From NCBI GenBank assembly GCA_041652575.1, contig JBAZHC010000008.1, forward strand, positions 46,022 to 110,021: a stretch of DNA of 64,000 bases, written 5' to 3'. Shown here in pieces: positions 30,301-38,182 of the stretch (its first letter is position 1; the number at the start of each line of letters is the position of its first letter). The translations under genes and the position numbers were made by a program. The stretch comes from Phycisphaerae bacterium (GTDB lineage Bacteria; Planctomycetota; Phycisphaerae; Sedimentisphaerales; UBA12454). Under the pieces are notes generated by a model. The model saw only the letters and a program-made list of their open reading frames with translations, made no database searches and had not been told where the DNA came from.

Positions 30301-30436
30301 GCCACAGAGTTAAATAATTTATTTTTAGCCACAGAGAACACAGAGTCCACAGAGATAATACTTTTATATACAGTGTAAATCCGTGTTCCGCCGCTGCGGA
30401 ATCCGCGTCTGGAAATCACAGTGAAATTCCGTGTCA
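30301..30436. repeat. Nonamer-array element between nfnA and nfnB
   Basis: GCCACAGAG AACACAGAG TCCACAGAG (30328-30354; extra GCCACAGAG at 30301). Opposite arm has two CAGTG...TCCGTGT units (30371-30386 and 30419-30434, 14/16 identical). Confidence 0.85.
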
Positions 30437-31285
30437 TTTATCCAGTCCGATTTTACATTTATGTTTATATTCTTCCAGTGCCTGGGCTTCCTGTTTTTTA
30501 TAAGCCTGCATACGTTTCATCATCAGGTCGAAATTCACCAGGTGTCCGTCGAACTCAGGCCCGTCGACGCAGACGAATTTTGTTTGCCCGCCGACTTCGA
30601 CTCTGCATCCGCCGCACATTCCCGTTCCGTCAATCATAATCGTATTCAGCGAAACAACTGTCGGCACATCGTATTTTTTCGTAGTAGCACAGCAGAACTT
30701 CATCATTATCGCAGGGCCTATCGCGACAGCAAGGCCGGGCTTTGGCGCTGCCTGGCAGATTTCATCGAGCGGGCCTGTAACAAGCGCCTTTCTGCCGTAA
30801 GAGCCGTCATCGGTAACGATAATAATTTCATCGCTCACAGCTTTAAAATCTTCTTCGAGAATTAAAAGTTCTCTTGTTCTTGCGCCGAGGATGCTGATAA
30901 CTTTATTGCCGGCTTTTTTCATCGCGGTCGCAATCGGCAGCAGCGGAGCGTTTCCGATTCCTCCACCGATGCAAACGACCGTTCCGAATTTTTCAACATG
31001 AGTAGGTTTTCCCAATGGGCCAAGTATATTTTCCACACTGTCGCCGACCTTTAACTGGCCAAGTTCAACTGTACTTTTTCCTACAGCCTGCCAGATAAGA
31101 CGGATTGTACCTTTTTTTGCATCTGCCCCGGCTATGGTCAGAGGAATTCTTTCGCTGTACCCTCCGGCTAAACAGACAATTACAAACTGGCCCGGCCTGG
31201 CAGCCGCAGCAACCAATGGAGCCTCGATATCAGTCATATAGACATTAGGACATAACTGCTTTTTTGACAATAGCTTATGTGACAA
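30434..31285 (-). CDS. nfnA: NfnA/SudB-type FAD/NAD-binding subunit (PyrK-like)
   Basis: RPGQFVIV, ERIPLTI, GPLGKPT, GGGIGNAP, IGPAIMMK, MIDGTGMCGGCR, CVDGPEF. Confidence 0.88.
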   Translation of the reverse strand: MSHKLLSKKQLCPNVYMTDIEAPLVAAAARPGQFVIVCLAGGYSERIPLTIAGADAKKGTIRLIWQAVGKSTVELGQLKVGDSVENILGPLGKPTHVEKFGTVVCIGGGIGNAPLLPIATAMKKAGNKVISILGARTRELLILEEDFKAVSDEIIIVTDDGSYGRKALVTGPLDEICQAAPKPGLAVAIGPAIMMKFCCATTKKYDVPTVVSLNTIMIDGTGMCGGCRVEVGGQTKFVCVDGPEFDGHLVNFDLMMKRMQAYKKQEAQALEEYKHKCKIGLDK

Positions 31286-31456
31286 TTTAGCCGCCTTTCG
31301 CCCAGAATTAGTTTAAGAAGCGGGATTATTGCCGATTTTGGGCAATTGGTCAAGCAATTATACCACCTTTTTCACATCCTAACCTGCTGCAGAAAAAAGC
31401 CTTATTTTTGAGCCATTTTTCGATATTTTAACTTAAAAAATACTGTAAAAAAGTGC

Positions 31457-31485
31457 TTGCCGATTAGAAGTCTTTGCTGTATAGT
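31457..31485 (+). promoter_or_regulatory. Probable sigma70 promoter for HU gene
   Basis: TTGCCG, 17-nt spacer, TATAGT. Confidence 0.5.
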
Positions 31486-31617
31486 GGTTTGCGGTTTTTG
31501 AAACTAATGAATCGTCAGCTTAATATTCGTAAATAAACTTGTTTTAAATTAAGGACTCTTTAAGAGCTTAAAAATAAATATCAATTCCTAATCCTGTCTG
31601 TTGATACGAGGTACACT

Positions 31618-31926
31618 ATGACAACAATAACGAAGAAAGAATTAATTGACCGTATTGCGGAACAAACCCAGGCCAAAAGAGTTGTGGTCAAGCGGGTTGT
31701 TCAGTCGTTTCTCGATGAGATAATTTCAGAGCTCATCAAGAACAACCGTCTTGAATTCCGCGACTTTGGTGTCTTTGAGGTTCGTACCCGCGAAGCGAGG
31801 GTAGCTCAGAATCCCAAAACACTCGAAAGAGTGGAAGTGCCCTCCAAGCGAACTGTAAAGTTCAAAATGGGTCGATTGATGAAGGAGAAGCTCGGCGGTA
31901 AAGTTTCTTCATCTCCGGGTGAATAA
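31618..31926 (+). CDS. HU/IHF family DNA-binding protein
   Basis: TKKELID, RLEFRDFGVF, ARVAQNPKTLERVEVP, VKFKMG. Confidence 0.95.
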   Translation: MTTITKKELIDRIAEQTQAKRVVVKRVVQSFLDEIISELIKNNRLEFRDFGVFEVRTREARVAQNPKTLERVEVPSKRTVKFKMGRLMKEKLGGKVSSSPGE

Positions 31927-32026
31927 AAAATTATAACCGATATATTTCTACACGGTTTAAGATATAATCAGGCCGGCTTTGGTTGGCGGCCTGAAACCGA
32001 AGGGGGCAGTATAAAAAGGAGTTTCT

Positions 32027-32230
32027 ATGGCAGAGGGAGTTGTCAAATGGTTTGACCCAAAAAAGGGTTATGGTTTCATAGACGGCAACGGTCAGCCGGA
32101 TATATTTGTTCATCATACCGGCTTTAAGACCAAGGGCCTTAAAATCCTCAACCAGGGCGATAAAGTCAGCTTTGAAATAGCACAGGGTGAAAAAGGGCCG
32201 CGAGCCGAAGATGTGGCTCTTGTGGAATAA
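32027..32230 (+). CDS. Cold-shock protein
   Basis: GVVKWFDPKKGYGFI (RNP1), DIFVHHT (RNP2), GEKGPRAEDV. Confidence 0.96.
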   Translation: MAEGVVKWFDPKKGYGFIDGNGQPDIFVHHTGFKTKGLKILNQGDKVSFEIAQGEKGPRAEDVALVE

Positions 32231-32346
32231 GTTACAGACGATTGGATAGTTTTGACCCGTACCCGTAAGGGTATTGGGAAAAGTCCGACGGAATAAATTT
32301 TGTTTTATATAAAAGCTCGATTTCCGATATTTAACATCTGAAAGAA

Positions 32347-32997
32347 ATGAGCGAGGAGGAAATGGCATTTGTTGAATCGCAATCCGCTCTGAATTGCAGC
32401 GTGCTTGTACTAAACAAGCATTATATGCCGTTGCGCATCATAGACGTCAAAAGAGCGATGTGCATGCTGTGCAGGGAACTGGCAGAAGTCATATCTTACG
32501 AGCAAGGCCAGTATTACAACTACGATTTCGAAAGCTGGAGAGATATTTGCCAGATAAAAAGGTCCTTTGAGCCAAACGAACATGACTGGATTACTACAGT
32601 TAATTTTTACATAGCCGTACCCAGAATCGTCAGACTGTTGTTCTATGACCGTTTGCCGAGAAACGATGTCAAATTCAACAGGCGCAACATTTTTGCCCGC
32701 GACAGCAACAAATGCCAGTACTGCGGAAAAAAATTCCCGACAAGCGAATTGTCCCTCGACCATATTATACCGAGAAGTATGGGCGGAGGGGCGACATGGG
32801 AAAATCTTGTCTGTGCCTGTACCGATTGTAATGCCAAAAAAGGAGGCAGAACGCCCAGGCAGGCGGGAATGACTCTTGTCAGGCTGCCGGTAAAACCCAA
32901 ACGCAACCCGACTGTTCACCTTCACCTGAGCCATCAAAGATATCATAGCTGGAAGCAGTTCCTCGACCACGCATACTGGTCTGTCGAACTGACATAA
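32347..32997 (+). CDS. HNH endonuclease (McrA-like, widespread chromosomal type)
   Basis: VLVLNKHY, VPRIVRL, FNRRNIFARD, CQYCG, LDHIIPRSMGG, WENLVCAC..CNAKKG. Confidence 0.92.
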   Translation: MSEEEMAFVESQSALNCSVLVLNKHYMPLRIIDVKRAMCMLCRELAEVISYEQGQYYNYDFESWRDICQIKRSFEPNEHDWITTVNFYIAVPRIVRLLFYDRLPRNDVKFNRRNIFARDSNKCQYCGKKFPTSELSLDHIIPRSMGGGATWENLVCACTDCNAKKGGRTPRQAGMTLVRLPVKPKRNPTVHLHLSHQRYHSWKQFLDHAYWSVELT

Positions 32998-33025
32998 AAA
33001 ATATTTTTTCGTAAAAAGGAATTTT

Positions 33026-33643
33026 ATGAAAACACTTCTTTACATAAAAGCCTCCCCAAGAAACGAAAGAAGCCATTCGCATATAACGGCCGAGGCTTTT
33101 TTGTCTGCGTATCGGCAAAAAAATCCTCAGGATAAAATCGTGACAATCGATTTGTTCAGGGAATCATTGCCGGAATTCGATAATTTCGCGGCAGAATCGA
33201 AATACGCAATTATGCACGGCAAAGAAAAAACCGCTGAGCAGTTGAAAAAATGGTCGCAGGTTGAAAAAGTAATCGAACAGTTCAAATCCGCTGACAAATA
33301 TCTCGTATCAACGCCGATGTGGAACTTCGGAATCCCCTATAAACTCAAGCATTATCTCGATATTATCATTCAGCCCGGCTATACATTCACTGTAACAGAC
33401 GCCGGCTATAAAGGCCTTGCCGGCGGAAAACCATTATGCGCAATTTACGCTCGCGGAAGCAGTTATGACGAAAACTCCACGATGGATTTTCAGAAAAAAT
33501 ACCTCGATTTCATCTTTGGCTTCATCGGTTTTACAGACGTAAAATCGATAATCTGTCAGCCTATGCTTCTTGACGAAAAAACTGTAAGCGATGCACAGGC
33601 CAAAGCCGTCAGCCAGGCTGAAACTCTCGCACAAACATTCTAA
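33026..33643 (+). CDS. azoR: FMN-dependent NADH:quinone oxidoreductase / azoreductase
   Basis: LYIKASPR, ADKYLVSTPMWNFGIPYKLKHYLD, GYTF, ARGSSY, FGFIGF. Confidence 0.92.
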   Translation: MKTLLYIKASPRNERSHSHITAEAFLSAYRQKNPQDKIVTIDLFRESLPEFDNFAAESKYAIMHGKEKTAEQLKKWSQVEKVIEQFKSADKYLVSTPMWNFGIPYKLKHYLDIIIQPGYTFTVTDAGYKGLAGGKPLCAIYARGSSYDENSTMDFQKKYLDFIFGFIGFTDVKSIICQPMLLDEKTVSDAQAKAVSQAETLAQTF

Positions 33644-33658
33644 AACCAGGATTTGTTT

Positions 33659-34678
33659 TTAAACATCCCTGCCGATAGCCTGCGCTATGGCTTTAAGCTG
33701 TGGCATAAGTTCCGAAAGAGTTGCGGGAGTAATTGATTGCGCCCCGTCGCTCAATGCGTGTTCAGGGTCGGGGTGACACTCGATAAGCAAACCGTCAGCG
33801 CCTGCCGCTACTGCCGCCCTGCACATCGCCGGCACAAGATGCGCATGACCTGTTCCGTGCGACGGGTCAACAACTACAGGCAGATGCGTCTTGTCTTTAA
33901 GCTCCGGCACAATCGCCAGCGCAAGAGTATTGCGGACATATTCCTCATAAGTTCTTATTCCTCTTTCGCAGAGAATAACCTGAGAGTTCCCCGCGTTGAT
34001 TATATACTCTGCGGCAAGTAAAAATTCATCGAGTTGAGCGCTCATCCCGCGTTTTAACAGCACCGGCTTTTTGACTTTTCCCAGCGCCTCGAGCAGCGGA
34101 TAATGCTGCATATTTCTGGCGCCGATTTGCAGAACATCTACATATTCAGCGACAATATCAATATGTTCGACCGCAACAACTTCTGTAATCACAGCAAGAC
34201 CGGTTTGCTTTTTAGCTTTTGCGAGAATTTTAAGTCCTTCCACGCCCAGTCCCTGAAAGCTGTAAGGACTCGTTCGCGGCTTGAATGCCCCCGCCCGAAG
34301 CCCGATACAGCCGGCAGCAGCGACTTTTTCAGCAGTCTGCATAAGCTGTTTTTCATTTTCGACAGAACACGGCCCTGCTATTACGCCTATTTTTTTACCT
34401 CCCATAGGAAAAGCATTTGCGCCGATTTTTATTTGTGAATATTCCCTTTTAACTTCTCTTGAGGCGATTTTATATGGCGCAAGTATCGGCACAATGCGTT
34501 CGACATTCGGAGCATTCTCAATTGCTCCTTTGTCAACCATCCGTTTGTCGCCAAGACAGGCTATAACCGTCCTGTTTGTGCCGACTATTATATGTTCTTT
34601 TAAGCCGAATTCATTTACCAGTTCCACGACATGTCGAACATCCTGCTCAGTTGCGACTGGTTTCATTACAATTATCAT
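33659..34678 (-). CDS. aroF: DAHP synthase, class I-beta with N-terminal regulatory domain
   Basis: IAGPCSVE, GAFKPRTSPYSFQGLG, QIGARNMQ, LLKRG, LCERGIRT, VDPSHG. Confidence 0.95.
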   Translation of the reverse strand: MIIVMKPVATEQDVRHVVELVNEFGLKEHIIVGTNRTVIACLGDKRMVDKGAIENAPNVERIVPILAPYKIASREVKREYSQIKIGANAFPMGGKKIGVIAGPCSVENEKQLMQTAEKVAAAGCIGLRAGAFKPRTSPYSFQGLGVEGLKILAKAKKQTGLAVITEVVAVEHIDIVAEYVDVLQIGARNMQHYPLLEALGKVKKPVLLKRGMSAQLDEFLLAAEYIINAGNSQVILCERGIRTYEEYVRNTLALAIVPELKDKTHLPVVVDPSHGTGHAHLVPAMCRAAVAAGADGLLIECHPDPEHALSDGAQSITPATLSELMPQLKAIAQAIGRDV

Positions 34679-35547
34679 TTTTTGTCTCCCATAACGGCCT
34701 TAAAAGCCTGCGGCAGATAATCCATAATATCCGTCGCGATTAAACTTATCTGACATTTCTCTTCCGCCGCCAAATCGCCGGCAAGACCGTGAACATAAAC
34801 TCCCGACACCGAAGCGTCAAAATTATCGAATCCCTGTCCGCACATCGCGGCAATTATTCCCGTAAGCACATCGCCGGCCCCCGCCGTCGCCATTCCCGGA
34901 TTGCCTGTAGTGTTAACATAAATTTTTTCAGCATCGGCAACTACCGTTTCGTGTCCTTTCAGCACAACAACAGCCTTGGCCGCTTTAGCAAATTCAGCAG
35001 CTACAGCTCCCCTGTCCACAGGCTCCGGTTTTCGCAAAAGTCCGTCCCAAAGTCTTTTCATTTCGCCCGGATGAGGTGTGAGGATAAGATTTGCTTTATT
35101 AATATCAGGCCAGTTTTTCAAAGCGGCAAGATTATTCAGTCCATCGGCGTCAATCAAAAGTCTCAACCCTTCCAGCCGCAGGAGATTTTCGAGTACTGCT
35201 TTTACGCCATTGGCAACGCCGACGCCCGGCCCAAATGCAACGATATCATTTTCCTCGACAGCTTTCAAAACCGCATCAATTGCTTTTGCACCGATTTTGC
35301 CAGACGAATCTTCAGCCAGAGAAATTGTCGTATAACAGGGTTCGATAGCCGCCACAATCGGCAATATACTTTGCGGCACAGCGACTCTGACAAGGCCGGC
35401 ACCGCTTCGCAGCGCGCTTTTGCCGGCAATTGCCGCAGCACCGCTGAAACCGACACTGCCCGCTATTATGCAAACCTTTCCGAAATCGCCCTTATGAGTA
35501 TCAATCGCTCTTGGTTTTATCTTCGGGATATTTTTTATTATCTGCAT
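34675..35547 (-). CDS. nnrD: ADP-dependent NAD(P)H-hydrate dehydratase (stand-alone)
   Basis: HKGDFG, AGSVGFSGAA, GAGLV, FGPGVG, IDADGL, TPHPGEM, VVLKG, NPGMATAGAGDVLTG. Start at MQIIK (35547). Confidence 0.94.
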   Translation of the reverse strand: MQIIKNIPKIKPRAIDTHKGDFGKVCIIAGSVGFSGAAAIAGKSALRSGAGLVRVAVPQSILPIVAAIEPCYTTISLAEDSSGKIGAKAIDAVLKAVEENDIVAFGPGVGVANGVKAVLENLLRLEGLRLLIDADGLNNLAALKNWPDINKANLILTPHPGEMKRLWDGLLRKPEPVDRGAVAAEFAKAAKAVVVLKGHETVVADAEKIYVNTTGNPGMATAGAGDVLTGIIAAMCGQGFDNFDASVSGVYVHGLAGDLAAEEKCQISLIATDIMDYLPQAFKAVMGDKK

Positions 35548-35567
35548 ATAAACTCCTTTATCGAAAC

Positions 35568-35596
35568 ATTTTACATATAACACAAGGTATGGTCAA
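35568..35596 (-). promoter_or_regulatory. Sigma70-type promoter for nnrD-aroF
   Basis: TTGACC (35596-35591), 17-nt spacer, TAAAAT (35573-35568). Confidence 0.65.
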
Positions 35597-35669
35597 TAAA
35601 AGAATTGACATCAATAGATGAGTTGACATATTGTTTATTTATCTATTCTTAAGATAGAAAGGCTTGACC

Positions 35670-37178
35670 ATGAAACAAAGTTTTGTAACCGTCACTGTTC
35701 TTGTTTTATGCAATTTGGTTTTTGCACAAACCACTTCTATTTTTCCGGCAGACAACGCTAAGCAGGTAAATCCGGACACGCATCTGATGCTTACTTTCCC
35801 CGGTGAGCCAACCTTAGGTGATTCAGGACAGATTCGCATTTATGACGCGGCAGACGACCGGCTTGTTGACGTTCTTGATATGAGCATCCCTGCCGGCCCG
35901 ACAACCAGCGACAAAACCTCTGTACCTTATACCGCAATTCCTTACAAATACGTCTCCGGCCGCTTAACCAATGCCAACACTAAACCGGGAACTCCATCCG
36001 GCACTGCACTCACCACGTCCGACAACTATCAGCTCACGATTATCGGAGGCTTCACCGACGCGTTTCACTTTTATCCGGTGATAATCCACGGTAGCGTGGC
36101 GACGATATATCCTCATAATAATCTTCTGGATTACAATAAAACATATTACGTACAGATTGACCCCGCAGTACTGACCCTAAGCGATGGCACTTTCTCCGGA
36201 ATCACAGGGAAAACAGGATGGACCTTCACAACGAAAAAAACACCACCATTAAAAAATAAACAGCGGCTCGTAGTCTCCGGCGAGGGCAAAGGTGATTTCA
36301 GCACCGTGCAGGGAGCGATAGATTTTCTCCCCGATAAAAATCCCAAACGTGTAACAATATTTATCAAAAACGGCACGTATGAGGAAATAGTATATTTTCG
36401 CAATAAGACAAACATCACCTTCCTCGGCCAGGATAGGAATAAAACTATAGTATGTTATGCCAATAATGAAGTCTTCAACCCGCATCCGTCAAATGTAGCC
36501 ACCAACGAGTGGCCGGGCACTTTCCCTTCCCGCCGTGCTGCGTTCATGGGAGATAATTCAAAAGGCATTCACCTGATAAATTTCACTATCAAAAACTTAA
36601 CGCGAGGTCAGGCCGAAGGTCTGCTTTTGATGGGCGAGCAAAATATCGTCAGCAATGTTAATATTGTAGGTTCAGGTGACGCCTTGCAGGTCAACGGCTC
36701 GGTTTACCTGACCGACTGCAAAATTACAGGCGATGGAGATATAATCCTCGGCCGCGGGCCTGCGTTCTTCAATAACTGCGAACTCATTTCAACCGGCGGC
36801 ACCTTTATGTGGATTCGCAACACAGCCGCTAACCACGGCAATGTCTTTTTGAATTGCAGGTTTCAAACTTTAAATGGACGCGAAACTGAAATCGCCCGTG
36901 CGCCCACCAATAAAGGCAATAATTACCCATACTGCGAAGCGGTATTAATAAACTGTGCCCTTTCAGGCATCAGCCCTGTCGGCTGGGGCCCTGTGGGCGG
37001 CGATACGTCGAATGTCCATTATTGGGAATGCAACAGCACTGATTTCGATGGTAAACCAATTGATGTGAGCCGGCGCAGCGGCGTTTCCAGACAATTGGAT
37101 AAAAAGAAAGACGCCGAGATAATCAAAAATTACAGTAATCCGGCTTATGTACTGGGCGGCTGGAAACCGAAGTTTTAA
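35670..37178 (+). CDS. Pectinesterase-like protein (CE8) with Ig-like N-terminal domain, no dockerin tail
   Basis: Signal peptide; GKGDFSTVQGAID, IKNGTYEE, GQAEG, GDGDIILG; colinear with the 3927-5798 paralog. Confidence 0.82.
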   Translation: MKQSFVTVTVLVLCNLVFAQTTSIFPADNAKQVNPDTHLMLTFPGEPTLGDSGQIRIYDAADDRLVDVLDMSIPAGPTTSDKTSVPYTAIPYKYVSGRLTNANTKPGTPSGTALTTSDNYQLTIIGGFTDAFHFYPVIIHGSVATIYPHNNLLDYNKTYYVQIDPAVLTLSDGTFSGITGKTGWTFTTKKTPPLKNKQRLVVSGEGKGDFSTVQGAIDFLPDKNPKRVTIFIKNGTYEEIVYFRNKTNITFLGQDRNKTIVCYANNEVFNPHPSNVATNEWPGTFPSRRAAFMGDNSKGIHLINFTIKNLTRGQAEGLLLMGEQNIVSNVNIVGSGDALQVNGSVYLTDCKITGDGDIILGRGPAFFNNCELISTGGTFMWIRNTAANHGNVFLNCRFQTLNGRETEIARAPTNKGNNYPYCEAVLINCALSGISPVGWGPVGGDTSNVHYWECNSTDFDGKPIDVSRRSGVSRQLDKKKDAEIIKNYSNPAYVLGGWKPKF

Positions 37179-37198
37179 TCGTCGCAGCCGGCTTTAGC
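37177..37198. repeat. Left direct repeat (att-like): displaced copy of the tsaD 3' end
   Basis: AATCGTCGCAGCCGGCTTTAGC is 21/22 identical to 38185-38206. On the minus strand it encodes AKAGCD(D)* like the tsaD C-terminus. Confidence 0.88.
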
Positions 37199-37226
37199 TT
37201 TAAGTTGAAAATTGGTTAATAAAGAT

Positions 37227-37254
37227 TTGACAAGTAAACGGAAAGTTTTATACT
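37227..37254 (+). promoter_or_regulatory. Sigma70-type promoter upstream of attI-like site (Pc-like)
   Basis: TTGACA (37227-37232), 16-nt spacer, TATACT (37249-37254). Confidence 0.7.
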
Positions 37255-37334
37255 TCTTAAAGAGACAACTTTTGAGGAAATAATGCAATTGGAGTTGTGG
37301 AAGAAAAACCCGAAAGTGGGTTTATCTGGAAATC

Positions 37335-37353
37335 ATATAAACATAAGTTAGGC
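37335..37353 (+). other. attI-like recombination site
   Basis: ATATAAA-CATAA-GTTAGGC: perfect GTTRRRY core with a 5-nt spacer, resembling class 1 attI CCCTAAA-ACAAA-GTTRRRY; 35 nt before the cassette ATG. Confidence 0.5.
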
Positions 37354-37388
37354 CAGTAACATTTCGCAAATACTGATGGAGGTGGGTC

Positions 37389-38039
37389 ATGGGATTAGTA
37401 GAACTGAAAGATGAATATCAAGTCCTCCGAGAAGAAATGCTTCATCGTTTTGAAAAATTGTATGATGTGGAGAAGTATGGAGTTGGTAGTATCCTAGCCT
37501 TGATTGGCTTTAGCGATACCCTCCATTGTGAGAAAATAATCATCTTGATAGTGCTCGAATCCTTGATCCTCATCCTCGGCATATTCGTTATGAATGAATT
37601 CATGATGATTTATCGGCTTGGCACATACATAGCGATTTTCAGCGAAGGTAAGGATGCGAATTCTGCCAAGTGGATTCGAATAAGTCGTCGAGGCCATGAC
37701 TGCTTACAGGCTATCAACGGCAACTTGCCAAAATTCAAGTTGAAAGTGGGGTTTCCATTTACATACGGATGGGGTTCTGATTCTGCGCAATTTGCTATCG
37801 CATTACTTGTTCTGCTGATGGCAAGCTGGGGGAGCTGGTTGGTTACGCGACCAGCATTTAACTGGCAAATCATTTTCCCTATTCTACCGCTTATAGGAAT
37901 TCTCTTTAATGTGCTATGGTTGGTTTGGGGGGTAAAAAAATACCGAAAGACAACAGAAGAGAATTGGATGAAAATCCAAAAGGCATGGGGGACCACCACC
38001 TTTCCTGACCCTTATGAGAATACAACGAACACGAAATAA
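37389..38039 (+). CDS. Hypothetical multi-TM protein (putative gene-cassette ORF)
   Basis: 216 aa, GGAGGTGG RBS, N-terminal EYQVLREEM helix followed by about 4 hydrophobic segments. Stop TAA lies inside the TAAC of the attC-like site. Confidence 0.8.
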   Translation: MGLVELKDEYQVLREEMLHRFEKLYDVEKYGVGSILALIGFSDTLHCEKIIILIVLESLILILGIFVMNEFMMIYRLGTYIAIFSEGKDANSAKWIRISRRGHDCLQAINGNLPKFKLKVGFPFTYGWGSDSAQFAIALLVLLMASWGSWLVTRPAFNWQIIFPILPLIGILFNVLWLVWGVKKYRKTTEENWMKIQKAWGTTTFPDPYENTTNTK

Positions 38040-38099
38040 CTTAACCATTGCACTGAAGCCAAGCTGCAAAATCGCGGCTGGTTTAGCTCCTCGTTAGCA
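38034..38099 (+). other. Degenerate attC-like site
   Basis: AAATAAC...TTGCAC...AGCC...GGCT...TTAGC-TCCTC-GTTAGCA, 66 nt, with TAAC/GTTA ends and an imperfect central stem. L-box pairing is poor. Confidence 0.45.
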
Positions 38100-38154
38100 T
38101 CTTTACCAAAAATATGAGGAAGGGATAATAGCACACCTATCCGCCGACAAATCA

Positions 38155-38173
38155 TTAGTCTTTGGTTTTGAGT
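38155..38173. repeat. Solo heptamer-array arm
   Basis: TTAGTCTTTGGTTTTGAGT is 17/19 identical to 13683-13701 (TTAGTCCTTAGTTTTGAGT). Confidence 0.55.
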
Positions 38174-38182
38174 GCCTATCTT

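Noticed and set aside
32347-32997. HNH nuclease as a defence or mobile element
   Set aside because: It is the common chromosomal McrA-like type in a HU-csp context, with no methylase, repeats or island signs.
25186-35547. Split nnrE and nnrD as a novelty
   Set aside because: Separate YjeF N- and C-domain genes are common.
37199-37261. Longer tsaD-like reading frame beyond the left direct repeat
   Set aside because: The similarity beyond about two codons (LK vs IE) is not colinear; only the 22-bp repeat is supported.
37300-37330. c-di-GMP-I riboswitch (AAACCCGAAAGTGGG)
   Set aside because: The GGCAAAC and GACGCAAAGC consensus parts and the second stem are missing.
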